Shown here piece after piece: positions 39,993-49,776 of a stretch of 64,000 bases of DNA. Within the stretch, counting starts at the first letter, position 1. Each line of letters begins with the position of its first letter. Position numbers and translations under genes: made by a program. Where the stretch lies: the NCBI GenBank assembly GCA_963701855.1, contig CAVPBK010000009.1, positions 288,001-352,000 of the forward strand. The letters are read 5' to 3'. The stretch is from Nitrospirota bacterium (lineage in GTDB: Bacteria; Nitrospirota; Nitrospiria; Nitrospirales; Nitrospiraceae). The notes under the pieces are model-generated. The model was not told the DNA's origin. It ran no database searches and worked only from the letters and a program-made list of their open reading frames with translations.

Positions 39993-40604
39993 TCATTTGG
40001 CCGGGGGATAGGATTTGAATGCCGTGGCGACTCCCTTATTGGCCACTTTAAAATTCTCCTCCAGACTGTCCCCCAAGACTGCCCTGATCACGGCCCGCCA
40101 CACCAAGTGTTTTTTCGACGACTCAGCCAGATCCACGATCAAGGTGCCTTCACGATCCTCATGGATAGTCGCGCGACTAGTATTGACGCGGTCCCACTCG
40201 CCTTCGTGATACTCATAGTTTTCTACGGGACGGCCATAATAGCCGGGGCCCCATCCGTACCCGCGACCATAGAGAGGTGGCCCCGTGGGAGCGCTTTCAA
40301 CACGTTGTTGACCCTTCACGCCAAAGAACAGGTGTACCAGCAGGTCGGGACGGTCTTCCAAGCTGACTTGCCGGATCCCTTTGGCGACGAGCTGTTCATC
40401 GATCATCTCTTTGATCCGCCCCCTCAAGGGCGAATTGTCGGACGCCCCGATCTCTTGCCCTCTATCCGTTATCCCCGAAAAGGCAAATGTGCGAAACGCA
40501 GAGAACTGGGTGGACGGGTCGAAGTCTGTGATGACTTTTGGCCCCTCAGCACAGCCTCCTACAGCGAGCAGCGCCAGCGACGCGATCAAAAATCTGATGT
40601 TCAT
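39993..40604 (-). CDS. DUF4136-like lipoprotein (long paralog)
   Basis: As above, plus a GYGWGPGYYG loop and EGTLIVD. Confidence 0.82.
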   Translation of the reverse strand: MNIRFLIASLALLAVGGCAEGPKVITDFDPSTQFSAFRTFAFSGITDRGQEIGASDNSPLRGRIKEMIDEQLVAKGIRQVSLEDRPDLLVHLFFGVKGQQRVESAPTGPPLYGRGYGWGPGYYGRPVENYEYHEGEWDRVNTSRATIHEDREGTLIVDLAESSKKHLVWRAVIRAVLGDSLEENFKVANKGVATAFKSYPPAK

Positions 40605-40775
40605 CTTCTATCTCCCTTCTACCTATCTTTGAGGTCTCGTTCAGACAAAACAAGGCTCAGACCATATACTGAATTCCAATTTGAGTAAACCAGTCCTAGC
40701 AGCCTGCGGGAAAACTCAGTTTTACACAATACGCCGTTGGAGCCGTCCATATCGGCGTCGAAGTCAACAAAGCAT

Positions 40776-40948
40776 CAGGATGCTCAAAAAGTCCGTCCTC
40801 GTTGAGCGTGGCTCGCCGGGTTGATCTGGTTCATCTGGTTTATCTGGTTTGTTTTGTTCATCGAGTTAGTCTTGTTTAACCAAACAAACCAGACAGACCG
40901 AACAGATCAAATAAACAAGATAGACTGGCGGACTTTTTCAGCATCCTG
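40776..40948. repeat. Complete element with CAGGATGCT(C/G)AAAAAGTCCG terminal repeats and a 9-mer low-complexity core
   Basis: caggatgctcaaaaagtccg...cggactttttcagcatcctg. Confidence 0.8.
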
Positions 40949-40996
40949 CTAGAAGTCTGTGGTTAAAGGGTGGCTAGTCCTGCCTTATGAGGCCAG

Positions 40997-41034
40997 AAAA
41001 AAAAGGGCCAGCCCCCATTCGAGGACTGGCCCTG
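40997..41034 (-). terminator. Rho-independent terminator
   Basis: Minus strand: AGGGCCAG...CTGGCCC stem followed by 8 U. Confidence 0.8.
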
Positions 41035-41163
41035 CTGAACCGGGAAGACCGAATACGACTTCCGTTACACTTGTCGCCCTGGATTCCAGGAAACGGAAAC
41101 CGGCATGATTCGTGCCGGTTGAACAGCCCCGGTTTCTATACGCCGGCGACGGCCTCAGGCCGA

Positions 41164-41643
41164 CTAACTGACCAGCGGAATCTGTGCGGCCAATTCGAAC
41201 TTCACGATCGCCCGGATTTTGTTTTCGATCTGCAGATACCGAGCGACCTTCGTAGCAGACAGCACCTTGCCCAATTTTGCCGCATAGGATTGCCGCAGCT
41301 TCACTTCCGATTCCTCGACCGCCAGCGCTTCGGCGAGCAGTTTCTTGGCCTGGTCATCGGAGATTTCGCCTTTGCCGGCGTTGAAGACATCGGCGTAACC
41401 CTTGAGCATGGTCAGCAGTCGTTGATTGATCTGATCCAATTCTTTTTGATAGCCGTCATACAGTGGCCAGAAGTTCTTGGCTTCCGCGTCGCTCAGATTC
41501 ATGTTGGACGCGACAACGAGCTTCTTATCCGCCTTGATCTTTTCTTTCAGAATCTCCATGTTCATTTGGTTGGCTTCCTGAGCCTGGACCGACCCAACGA
41601 ACAGGAACGACAGTAAAAGCACACCGATTTGCAGAATCATCAT
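41164..41643 (-). CDS. Exported alpha-helical hypothetical protein
   Basis: Signal peptide ending VQA; LSDAEAKNFWPLY..YQ and K.ARYLQIENKIR. Confidence 0.8.
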   Translation of the reverse strand: MMILQIGVLLLSFLFVGSVQAQEANQMNMEILKEKIKADKKLVVASNMNLSDAEAKNFWPLYDGYQKELDQINQRLLTMLKGYADVFNAGKGEISDDQAKKLLAEALAVEESEVKLRQSYAAKLGKVLSATKVARYLQIENKIRAIVKFELAAQIPLVS

Positions 41644-41718
41644 AACGAAATCTCCCTTCTCTGTTGATTCACCACTGCTCATCATCCTCCCGTACCGGCA
41701 CCTTCATGGCACCATCAT

Positions 41719-42279
41719 TTACGGGTGAATCCTGGTAATCTTCGACCCTTGCAATCCCAAGCCGGCCATCAGCCCCTGCTGGTCGAAGATAAACGCGTAG
41801 ACGTCGCTCCGACCAGTTGTCGTCGTCAGGCTCTTCCCCATGCCTTTGTCCATCACGACGATGCTGGGACCGACACCGATCTCCCAGCCCTCGCTCTCAT
41901 CCAGATACGTCAAGGCCTTGTCGTTCATGAAGAACAAGACGTAGCCGAACGTCTGCACCCCGGCCTGCAGACCGTACGACGCGGCCAACGTACTGTAGTA
42001 GCCGGCCTTTTCTCCATGCTTCCGCAATGCGCCTTTCCCATAATGCGCTCCGAGAATAAACCCGCCCTTCACGATATTCGGAAACACGAGGATGCCTTTG
42101 GCCTCTTTCCGAAAGAGCTCCGCTTCCGGCGTGTCCTCGAGGAACTTCTTGAGCGAGGCGTCCACCTCACGATCGATCTGCACGGCTTCGGCCGACTCCC
42201 CTGCAATCGCTATCGAGGCCTGCATCGAAAGCCCAAGGATCATAGAAAGCACGACGGCAATCACCATCTCATACCTCAT
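41719..42279 (-). CDS. SYLF/Ysc84 lipid-binding domain protein
   Basis: AKGILVFP.IVKGGFILG..YGKG, SYGLQAG and GLMAGLGLQGSKI. Confidence 0.88.
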   Translation of the reverse strand: MRYEMVIAVVLSMILGLSMQASIAIAGESAEAVQIDREVDASLKKFLEDTPEAELFRKEAKGILVFPNIVKGGFILGAHYGKGALRKHGEKAGYYSTLAASYGLQAGVQTFGYVLFFMNDKALTYLDESEGWEIGVGPSIVVMDKGMGKSLTTTTGRSDVYAFIFDQQGLMAGLGLQGSKITRIHP

Positions 42280-42476
42280 TGATGCGGGTTTTCGACGGAC
42301 AAGGAAGGTAATCATACTTACTTTCAAGGATTTGTTCTAGCCCCAACTTATCCAGACGATTCGCGTGAAAGGGCGAGTAGCGCGCGGCGATCTGAAGACT
42401 GCAGTGTTCGGAACTTCGACTCCCGACCTTCAGCCTTCAGTCTTCTGATTTCGGCCTACGGACCTCGCTCGTCTCT

Positions 42477-43979
42477 CTATCGTTGCGGCTCTTTTGACTC
42501 ATACCGTTCCTCAACCGCCACTTTGATCACCTGTCCCTCGCGGAGCGGTGTAGCCGCGACAAGGCCATTGACGACCGCGACTTCATCCGTCTTCCAAGCC
42601 GAATGGGCGCGAGCAGCCAAAGACTCGATCGTCTCGTCCTTCCGGGCTGTGATTAACCTGACTCGCTTCTCCGTAATGCCGGCCCGCTCGTGACCTGTGA
42701 GTGGACGAAAACTTCCGGCCACCGCATCGAACACCGGCTGATACGTCTTCAATTGCTCGGTGGATGCAACGACAGCTAGTTGAAAAATCAACCCGCCATG
42801 AGCGATCCAGGTGATCTCGATATGTGCTTTGCCGTCAGCGGGAACCACCGTTCGCGCAGCCGGAAGACCGTTGATGGTAAGGGACTTGGCTTTTGTTGCC
42901 AGATCGATCTTTCTGGCCTTGCCAAGCACCCGCGCGCCCTCGAGCGGATCATCGCCTTTCGCGACGGCCTCGAGCACGACCGCTGCATCGTTGTCCGGGG
43001 CAACAGCCACAATTTTCTCCGGCGCATTCTCGTGCGGCCATTTTTCTGGAAACTTCACGAAGAAACCCAAGTCCGGATGCAGAAACGCCGTCTCTTGAAA
43101 GACGCCGTTCGCCGCGCGCTGGCCGACGACAACTCCGTTCAGCCTGGCCAAATAGGCTTCACTGGTTGGACTGATGGGATCCCGCTTAGCACGGGTCAAC
43201 GATTTCGCATGACGTACGGTATCGGCAACCCGGTCCGACGTCGCAGGATGCGAGTCGAAGAAACTCGGTTTCCGCGGTTCCTTTTCATGCAGAGTCACCT
43301 CACGTTCCAGGTTGGCGAGAAACGTAGACAGTTCGACGGGATCCCAGCCCGCTTCTGCGGCGATCTGCTGGCCCACTTCGTCGGCCTCAGATTCCTGTGA
43401 GCGGCTATAGGGTGAAAAGATCGCGCTCTGCGCAAGATTTCCGACGCCGCCGATCAGATCGCCGACGGTTGAACTGACCAGTCCGGTAATGCCGGAAGCA
43501 AGGCCGAATACCACCGCAAAGGGAGCCTGCTTCGAGATCCGCTGAACGGCATGTTTGCCTGCGACATGACCGATCTCATGCCCGACCACGCCGGCCAATT
43601 CTCCCTCGGTATTCGTCAGGGCCAGGAGGCCGCGCGACACGTAGATATACCCTCCCGGCAGCGCGAAGGCGTTCGGTTCCGCCATATCGACGATATGAAA
43701 TTGGAACGTGATGTTCTTGCGCGGAGAATGTTCGGCGAGACGTTGGCCGAGCTGATCGAGAAACGGAGTGAAGCCCGAATCGTCGGCAAAGCCCATGCCC
43801 GCTTCAATCTTCTTGGCTTCTTCATCGCCAAGTTCTTGCTCCATTTTTCCAGAGATGAGCGTGAGTTCAGGCCGTCCGCTGACTGGATTGATCGCGCAGC
43901 CGGCCCATACGCTCATGATGAGGCCACTCAGAATCAATAGACCGGTGGCGTAAATATTCCGTCTCCATGCGCTGTTCAT
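42477..43979 (-). CDS. M48-family metalloprotease lipoprotein with a LysM-like tail
   Basis: AGCAINPVSG, PNAFALPGG, HEIGH, YSRSQESEAD and SHP. Confidence 0.9.
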   Translation of the reverse strand: MNSAWRRNIYATGLLILSGLIMSVWAGCAINPVSGRPELTLISGKMEQELGDEEAKKIEAGMGFADDSGFTPFLDQLGQRLAEHSPRKNITFQFHIVDMAEPNAFALPGGYIYVSRGLLALTNTEGELAGVVGHEIGHVAGKHAVQRISKQAPFAVVFGLASGITGLVSSTVGDLIGGVGNLAQSAIFSPYSRSQESEADEVGQQIAAEAGWDPVELSTFLANLEREVTLHEKEPRKPSFFDSHPATSDRVADTVRHAKSLTRAKRDPISPTSEAYLARLNGVVVGQRAANGVFQETAFLHPDLGFFVKFPEKWPHENAPEKIVAVAPDNDAAVVLEAVAKGDDPLEGARVLGKARKIDLATKAKSLTINGLPAARTVVPADGKAHIEITWIAHGGLIFQLAVVASTEQLKTYQPVFDAVAGSFRPLTGHERAGITEKRVRLITARKDETIESLAARAHSAWKTDEVAVVNGLVAATPLREGQVIKVAVEERYESKEPQR

Positions 43980-44055
43980 TACGATGTCCTTTCGTTGATG
44001 GATTGCTGCAATCCTACCACCGCCCGATATCCGATGGCGCCCAGGACTCACCTGG

Positions 44056-45174
44056 TTAATTCGCCCTGATCGTCAGAATCGGCTGCTGGATTTTCTGGCC
44101 TGTTTCGCTCAACGTGAACAGGATCGTCAGAAACGTAAAGAGCCGCTTCGTCATGAAGTTCCGGTCGTCGATCCAGTACCAGTGGCCTCGATACTTGACC
44201 TGCGCAAACGAATCGCTTGGTCGTTCGGTGCCGCTTTGAATGACCACGGCCTCCGACAGCCCCGTTACGTTTTTCTCCGTCATGGGCACCAGGCCGTACG
44301 TCCGGTGATCCGCGACGTGTTCCGGAGGCACGGCCACCAGCCCAGAAAATTCAATCATAACCTGATACCCGGAACGGGTATGGAGGGCGATCTCCTGATC
44401 CCCTTGCGAGTCGGCCCCGTAGGTGATACGGATCTCCGATGCCTCAGGATTCAACCGCAACAGCCGCTTGACCTCCGCGACATCCTGCGCGATCTCCGGT
44501 GTCAAGCGGCGCGAATGAAACAGGAAGATGGTCGCGTCCTCTTTATCTTTCTCTCGTTGCAGCTTGACTCCCGCACCGCCTGCCGCTTGAATCCGTTTTA
44601 ACAGCCGGATCACCTCAAGGAACTCTGGATCTGCCGGATGGCCGTTCGGCCCGCCTCTGTGGTTTCGGAGGCCGTTGATCGCCTGGGCACTCACTTGCAA
44701 CAGAATATCCACGGGCCACCCAGCTTCAATGAGAAATATGATCGCACCCGGTGGAAACGGCGTCATCATCGTCTTGATGAAGTCCGGACCCGTGAGCGGC
44801 GAATAGGTGACCGTTGGCCGGTCAAGGTAGCGTCCGCCGGCGCCGAAACTCAGAAAATCTCCGAGGGCTCCGCCCGCGTTGCGCCAAGATTTATCGCCGA
44901 GGCCCCCGCCGGCCGAGATGGTGCTCTCGAGTTCATAGCTGCTGATAACCTGACCCACCTCCATAAATACCGGGACATCCGCATACCGGAGCCTGACGAT
45001 GTTCAAGAGCGTCTGCTGCTTCCAGGAGTCGCTGATCGCGGTGATGTAATCGAACCGGTCTCGATTGACGCTGCTCGGGCCGATGCTTCCGCAGCCGCTG
45101 ACGATCCACAGCACCATTGCGACCAACACAGCGCTCACAAACCGGACAGATGCCGTCGATTCTATTCGTCGCAC
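44056..45174 (-). CDS. Conserved-looking hypothetical lipoprotein
   Basis: VSGC lipobox; LLNIVRLRYAD.PVF, PTVTYSPL.G and YRGHWYWIDD. Confidence 0.75.
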   Translation of the reverse strand: MRRIESTASVRFVSAVLVAMVLWIVSGCGSIGPSSVNRDRFDYITAISDSWKQQTLLNIVRLRYADVPVFMEVGQVISSYELESTISAGGGLGDKSWRNAGGALGDFLSFGAGGRYLDRPTVTYSPLTGPDFIKTMMTPFPPGAIIFLIEAGWPVDILLQVSAQAINGLRNHRGGPNGHPADPEFLEVIRLLKRIQAAGGAGVKLQREKDKEDATIFLFHSRRLTPEIAQDVAEVKRLLRLNPEASEIRITYGADSQGDQEIALHTRSGYQVMIEFSGLVAVPPEHVADHRTYGLVPMTEKNVTGLSEAVVIQSGTERPSDSFAQVKYRGHWYWIDDRNFMTKRLFTFLTILFTLSETGQKIQQPILTIRAN

Positions 45175-45225
45175 GAATGTTCCTCCTTGCATCTGATCCT
45201 TCTCACCTGTGAATGCATCGGTGCC

Positions 45226-45927
45226 TCACCGGGCTTCACGCATGTACAGACTCATCAACCGGGCGATCATCACGGCGAGGTAGAACTGCCCGGCAATGGC
45301 TTCCACAATCGCAAGATTGCGAACCACGTCATTTCCCGGGACCATATCTCCATAGCCCACGGTCGCAAGTGTGATGAAGCTGAAGTAGACGCCTGCCATC
45401 GGGTGGAACGGGTCGGACGCCCCCGGACCGTTGACGATGATCGAGTTAGGCCACATCTGATCCAAGCTCCAGTACAGCACACCCATAAACACCCCGGCCA
45501 ACAGATACGCGCTCAGTGCGGCATAGAGATGCTCGGAAGCGATGATAGACGAGCGGAGAGCAAACCGCAGAGCAATGAACACCGCGTACAGGCCGATTAC
45601 CGTCCAGAGCCAGAGGCTTAGAGTTGAGAGCCCCGCATGGCCTGCCTGCAGAGACCCAATCCTCAGCACGATGGCGACCAGGACGATCGCCGGAAGAACC
45701 CACCGCCCCTTTCGACTTTCGAGTGGAACGGACGCGGCCAGTAAATTAAGGCCCAGAAAAAACTGCATGAAATTGGCGTGGATTCCGATCGCGTTCAGGA
45801 TCGGCGCAACGACGAGCGTCAGGATCAGCGAATAAAACAGGATGGCATAACGATGCCCAAGATAGGCTCGCCACCACCCTGAGAATCCATCCTGATGCAC
45901 CGAGCCGATTGAGGCTTGTTGCGTCAT
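45226..45927 (-). CDS. Potassium channel family protein
   Basis: YFSFITLATVGYGD selectivity filter. Confidence 0.9.
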   Translation of the reverse strand: MTQQASIGSVHQDGFSGWWRAYLGHRYAILFYSLILTLVVAPILNAIGIHANFMQFFLGLNLLAASVPLESRKGRWVLPAIVLVAIVLRIGSLQAGHAGLSTLSLWLWTVIGLYAVFIALRFALRSSIIASEHLYAALSAYLLAGVFMGVLYWSLDQMWPNSIIVNGPGASDPFHPMAGVYFSFITLATVGYGDMVPGNDVVRNLAIVEAIAGQFYLAVMIARLMSLYMREAR

Positions 45928-45944
45928 CCCATCTGTGACCCTGG

Positions 45945-46211
45945 CTATTTGCCTTGTTTCTCCTCGGGCTTTACAGCGGCTTCGAATTCATCCTCGGAAA
46001 TCTCCTTGACCTCAGAGGATTGCAGTGTCACCATGCTGCCGCTCTTCTCATCCTTAAAGGTAATGGCGCCGGCCTTGGTTTTCTCGATGTCCGAGGTGTA
46101 GTAATGCCTGTCGCCGGCCGGATCGTTCACGCGATAATAATTCCCCCCGCAGCCGGCCAGAAGTCCGGCCATTCCACAAAGTATCCCAAGTGCCATAATT
46201 GTCGTCTTCAT
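45945..46211 (-). CDS. Small lipoprotein
   Basis: LAGC lipobox; RBS GAGGAGG. Confidence 0.75.
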   Translation of the reverse strand: MKTTIMALGILCGMAGLLAGCGGNYYRVNDPAGDRHYYTSDIEKTKAGAITFKDEKSGSMVTLQSSEVKEISEDEFEAAVKPEEKQGK

Positions 46212-46225
46212 CTGGGTCCTCCTCT

Positions 46226-46342
46226 CTGGTTGATCTGGTTTGTTTTGTTATCTCGTTTGTTTGGTTTATTTGGTTGGAGCAGACTAACCGGATACACCAA
46301 ATGAACCAGATCAACCAAACAAACGAAATAAACCAAATAACG
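46226..46342. repeat. Low-complexity 9-mer palindromic element
   Basis: Same architecture as the other copies. Confidence 0.75.
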
Positions 46343-46418
46343 ATTTGGGGGCTTATACCACATCATATGCAGAGAAAACTAACTAGCGGTCGTCTCCACG
46401 ATCTCTTCCTAACGGCTA

Positions 46419-46490
46419 GGAGCCTACCCGGCATTGCCGGTCGTGACAAAGCGAAGGAGATGCGGCCAGATGAGCGGCGCAAGGCCCGAG
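46419..46490. mobile_element. Degenerate partial copy of the 183-bp MITE
   Basis: TA-ggagcctacccggcattgcc...gcgaaggagat...cagatgagcggcgcaagg. Confidence 0.6.
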
Positions 46491-46503
46491 GCTGACGCTC
46501 GGT

Positions 46504-47577
46504 TCACGGTTCACGGTTCTTGGAAATTGCCCCACCCTGGTTGATCCATGCCGTGAACAGCGTATAGGCCACCGCGAGTATCACCGGACCGACAAAGAGC
46601 CCGATGATGCCGAAGGCGAGCATCCCCCCGAGCACACCGACAATGATCAGCAGCAGCGGGAGATCCGCCCCTTTCTTAATCAGAATGGGTCGTAGAATAT
46701 TATCCACAGGAGCGACGAGCAGGGTCCACACGAGCAGCACGGTTCCCCAAGTGGTGTCGCCGGTCCAATAGAGCCACCCAATCGCGCAGAGCAGCACGGG
46801 GACCACCCCGATCTGCACGACCGCTGAAATGAACATCACCACGGTCAACATCACGGCGAACGGCACACCGGCGACCGCCAGACCGATCCCTGCAAGCACG
46901 GCATGCACAAATGCCGTCAACACCACCCCCAGCGCCACTCCATAGATCGCCTGTCCGGCCAGACGGATGGCCTGCTCCCCCTGTTCCCCTGCCAGCCGAG
47001 CGCCGAACCGCAGGGCCATCCCACCGGCAGACTCTCCCGTGGCATAGAGCACGGCCGAGATGAGTACGGTCAGGATGATTTGGCCAAGCAACATCCCGAG
47101 ACCCCCGACCTGCTCTGCGACCCATCGCACGACGCCGCCCAGGTATGGTGACAGACGAGTCGCCAGGTCCTCACGGCTCAGCTCGGAGAGTTGTTGCCAG
47201 TTCGACGCCGCCTTCGCGCCAACCAGCGGGATCTTTCCCAGCCAGTCTGGAGGGGGAGGCAGTTTGAGAGTGGAGAGCGAGGTTGTCCACGTAGTAATCT
47301 CCTTGAAATTCTCTACGAAGGCGCCGATCGCGAAGGCGAGCGGCAGAAGGAAGATCGCCAGCAACAGGAGCGTCATCACCGTCACGGCGAGCCACCGCCG
47401 CCCCAGCAGCCAGCGTTGGAGCATTAAGAGCAGAGGCCAGGTGGCGACCACGATCATCGTCGCCCACACGACCGCGGTGAGAAACGGCAAGAGGATCCAG
47501 ACAGAGGACGCAATCAACGCAAATAAGAATACGACCGCGAGCGTGTCACGAGTAAGATCAGATTGTCGTTCTGCCAT
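46504..47577 (-). CDS. ydiK: AI-2E family transporter, YdiK-like
   Basis: WATMIVVATWP, PPPDWL..IPLVG and DNILRP.LI..GADLP. Confidence 0.88.
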   Translation of the reverse strand: MAERQSDLTRDTLAVVFLFALIASSVWILLPFLTAVVWATMIVVATWPLLLMLQRWLLGRRWLAVTVMTLLLLAIFLLPLAFAIGAFVENFKEITTWTTSLSTLKLPPPPDWLGKIPLVGAKAASNWQQLSELSREDLATRLSPYLGGVVRWVAEQVGGLGMLLGQIILTVLISAVLYATGESAGGMALRFGARLAGEQGEQAIRLAGQAIYGVALGVVLTAFVHAVLAGIGLAVAGVPFAVMLTVVMFISAVVQIGVVPVLLCAIGWLYWTGDTTWGTVLLVWTLLVAPVDNILRPILIKKGADLPLLLIIVGVLGGMLAFGIIGLFVGPVILAVAYTLFTAWINQGGAISKNREP

Positions 47578-47622
47578 AGCTGCTCCCTCCGCGCCCGTTT
47601 ACCGCTCTCCCGATGATGCACA

Positions 47623-47770
47623 ACACGAGATACGTGATTCGCGATGCGGGATATGCGATTCGTGGTTCGGGATGCGTGATCCGGGACTCAAAGCGCGCAT
47701 CTCGTATCCCGTACCCCGTTTCTGCATCCCGTATCCCGTTTCTCGTATCCCGCATCTCGTTTCTCCCATC
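47623..47770. repeat. Heptamer low-complexity inverted repeat
   Basis: gggatgc/gagatac arm, then gtatccc/gcatctc arm. Confidence 0.75.
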
Positions 47771-47893
47771 TCGAAGCGCCTGATAGACCCGCGCCACCAC
47801 ACCAGAGAGAAAAAGAAGGACTGCTGACATCATCGAGAATTATTGATCAGACTAGTGGTGCAGTTCATTCGACCACGCCCAGTGCGAAACGAG

Positions 47894-47928
47894 AGGGCCG
47901 CACCCACCGGAGCGGCGGATGCGGCCCT
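47894..47928. repeat. REP-like hairpin (related copies at 51374, 51536 and 55517)
   Basis: agggccgcaccc...gcggatgcggccct. Confidence 0.65.
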
Positions 47929-47994
47929 GCTCGCTCACTGCGCGTCATGCCGTCGCTCAAAAAAAGCAACGGCATGTACGCGAATCGAACGCAG

Positions 47995-48708
47995 CTACTC
48001 CTCCGGCATCTCGCACTTGGCGTCGCCCCGCATCATGCAGGCCCGCCAGGCAAACTTCTTGGCCCAATAGGTATAGGCCTCTTCGACATCGCCCCAGCGA
48101 TGAAATGACTTCCAGGCATATTTGCCTCCACCCCGGCGATCGACTGCAGCGGCCAGCAGTTCACCGGTCTGACTGTCGGTCGCTTCCACTTCAAGCGTCG
48201 ACTTGCCGACAAATGACTCGGTGCTGGCGATATATTTCTTCCCTTTTGACATGACCATGGCGGCCGGGTACGCGGCAGTGATATTATCCACCACCGGAAC
48301 GTTTTTGCCGGCTTCTGTAATGCCGACACGGAGGTGCAGCACGTCAGGCCCTGGCGACTGTGCCATCTGATAATTCTTGCGGATTTCTTCATCGAGCTTT
48401 GACCAGAGGAATTGGGACAGGTATTCGGCATCCTCCTTATCCAGATCCTTTGCATCAGACTTTTCCCCGCGCCAGACCTGCACCGGCTCCAGCCAGACCT
48501 TCGTATAGGATTTGAACTTGACCTTGTCCCCCGTGAAATACACCAGCGTCGCCTCGGTATCGTCCGCCGCCGGACGGAGCTTCGAATAGTCTTTCAGGAA
48601 CCCGGATGGTTCAGCCTTACCCCAATAACCGGTGGCATGCTCCGAATGCGCGCAGGCCGTAAGCAACATCGCACACACCCCACCTAACATCAGCCGTCGT
48701 ATGATCAT
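47995..48708 (-). CDS. DUF3313-like lipoprotein
   Basis: LTAC lipobox; SGFLKDYS.L, LEPV and AAAVDRR. Confidence 0.8.
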   Translation of the reverse strand: MIIRRLMLGGVCAMLLTACAHSEHATGYWGKAEPSGFLKDYSKLRPAADDTEATLVYFTGDKVKFKSYTKVWLEPVQVWRGEKSDAKDLDKEDAEYLSQFLWSKLDEEIRKNYQMAQSPGPDVLHLRVGITEAGKNVPVVDNITAAYPAAMVMSKGKKYIASTESFVGKSTLEVEATDSQTGELLAAAVDRRGGGKYAWKSFHRWGDVEEAYTYWAKKFAWRACMMRGDAKCEMPEE

Positions 48709-48796
48709 GATTGCTCTCCAATTAATGAACATTGATGCTTGCACGGGATCCAGCGAGACCCTCAAGCTGTCAAGCTACAGCGATAGAACTCGCTCG

Positions 48797-49519
48797 TTAT
48801 GCTTTCGGTTCAACACAATTCATCCCGCCGCGCCATTGGCATGCGCGGTATCGAGTCTTCTCGGCCCAAAAGCGGTACGATTCTTCCACGTCATGCCAGG
48901 AGGACCATGACCCGCCGATACTCTTCGTACCGCCACGGCGATCAACCGCCTCCAGAAGTACAGTTCCAGTAGCGCTGTCGGTCACCCTCATTTCTGCGCT
49001 CGCACTACCCGCAAACCCCGCCACGCCGGTGGCCAAACTCTTCCCGCCCGCAAGCACTTTCGCCGGCAAATAGATGCTCGTGACCATATCCAGCACGACA
49101 TTAGAGGATCCTGCTTCGGTGATAGCCACTTGGATGTGCATCACGTCCGGACCAGGTTGACTCGTCATCTCATAGTCGTTCCGGAGAGATTCGTCCAGCT
49201 TCGACCAGAGCAACGCCGCCATCCGCTGCCGATCTTCTGGTGACACGTCCTTGAGCTGCGAGTCTTTCTGACTCATCCAGACGGTCACTGGATCCAACTG
49301 AATCTTCTTATACTTGCGCCAATCGGCGGCAGGATTCTTGTAGATCAACAACGCCTCGCCCTCCGCCCCTTGCGAAAAGAAGCTGCCTCTTTGGCCTTCC
49401 TTCAGCCTGGAATAGTCACCAAGAAAGCCTGATTTTTCCACCGACTTGGCCTCTTGGGTGGCTGCGCAGCCAGTCACCACAAACATAAGTAGCAGAATCG
49501 CCCCCATCATCTTACGCAT
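48797..49519 (-). CDS. DUF3313-like lipoprotein, close paralog of 38350..39069
   Basis: Shared GAILLLMFVVTGCAATQEAKSVEKSGFL start and CVEPKA end. Confidence 0.82.
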   Translation of the reverse strand: MRKMMGAILLLMFVVTGCAATQEAKSVEKSGFLGDYSRLKEGQRGSFFSQGAEGEALLIYKNPAADWRKYKKIQLDPVTVWMSQKDSQLKDVSPEDRQRMAALLWSKLDESLRNDYEMTSQPGPDVMHIQVAITEAGSSNVVLDMVTSIYLPAKVLAGGKSLATGVAGFAGSASAEMRVTDSATGTVLLEAVDRRGGTKSIGGSWSSWHDVEESYRFWAEKTRYRACQWRGGMNCVEPKA

Positions 49520-49583
49520 ACTCGCCTCCCTATTTGTTATTTGTTTTCTCAGTGCCCAAGATTGCAATTGATATCAGGCAGGC

Positions 49584-49675
49584 ATCTTAGGTTTTTTGAA
49601 GAACCAATGCAAAGGATTTCTCCGCCAATCTCCACAGACCATCACCTTGAAAGATCGGCACTCGTTTCGTAGAAT
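49584..49675. promoter_or_regulatory. Bidirectional sigma70-like promoter cassette, copy 1
   Basis: Minus strand TTGCAT-17-TAAGAT; plus strand TTGAAA-17-TAGAAT. Confidence 0.7.
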
Positions 49676-49776
49676 GCGCCCCCTGTGCACCGGTTTACGG
49701 TAATCGCAGCCGCACGTCTTCTGGTTATCAGACGTACCGCGGTGCTCTCCGCCATTCACCTCGTGAATATTGATTG

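Noticed and set aside
49655..49672. sigma54 promoter at CGGCAC...TTCGT
   Set aside because: Poor -24/-12 match; the same bases are the spacer of a well-formed sigma70 promoter
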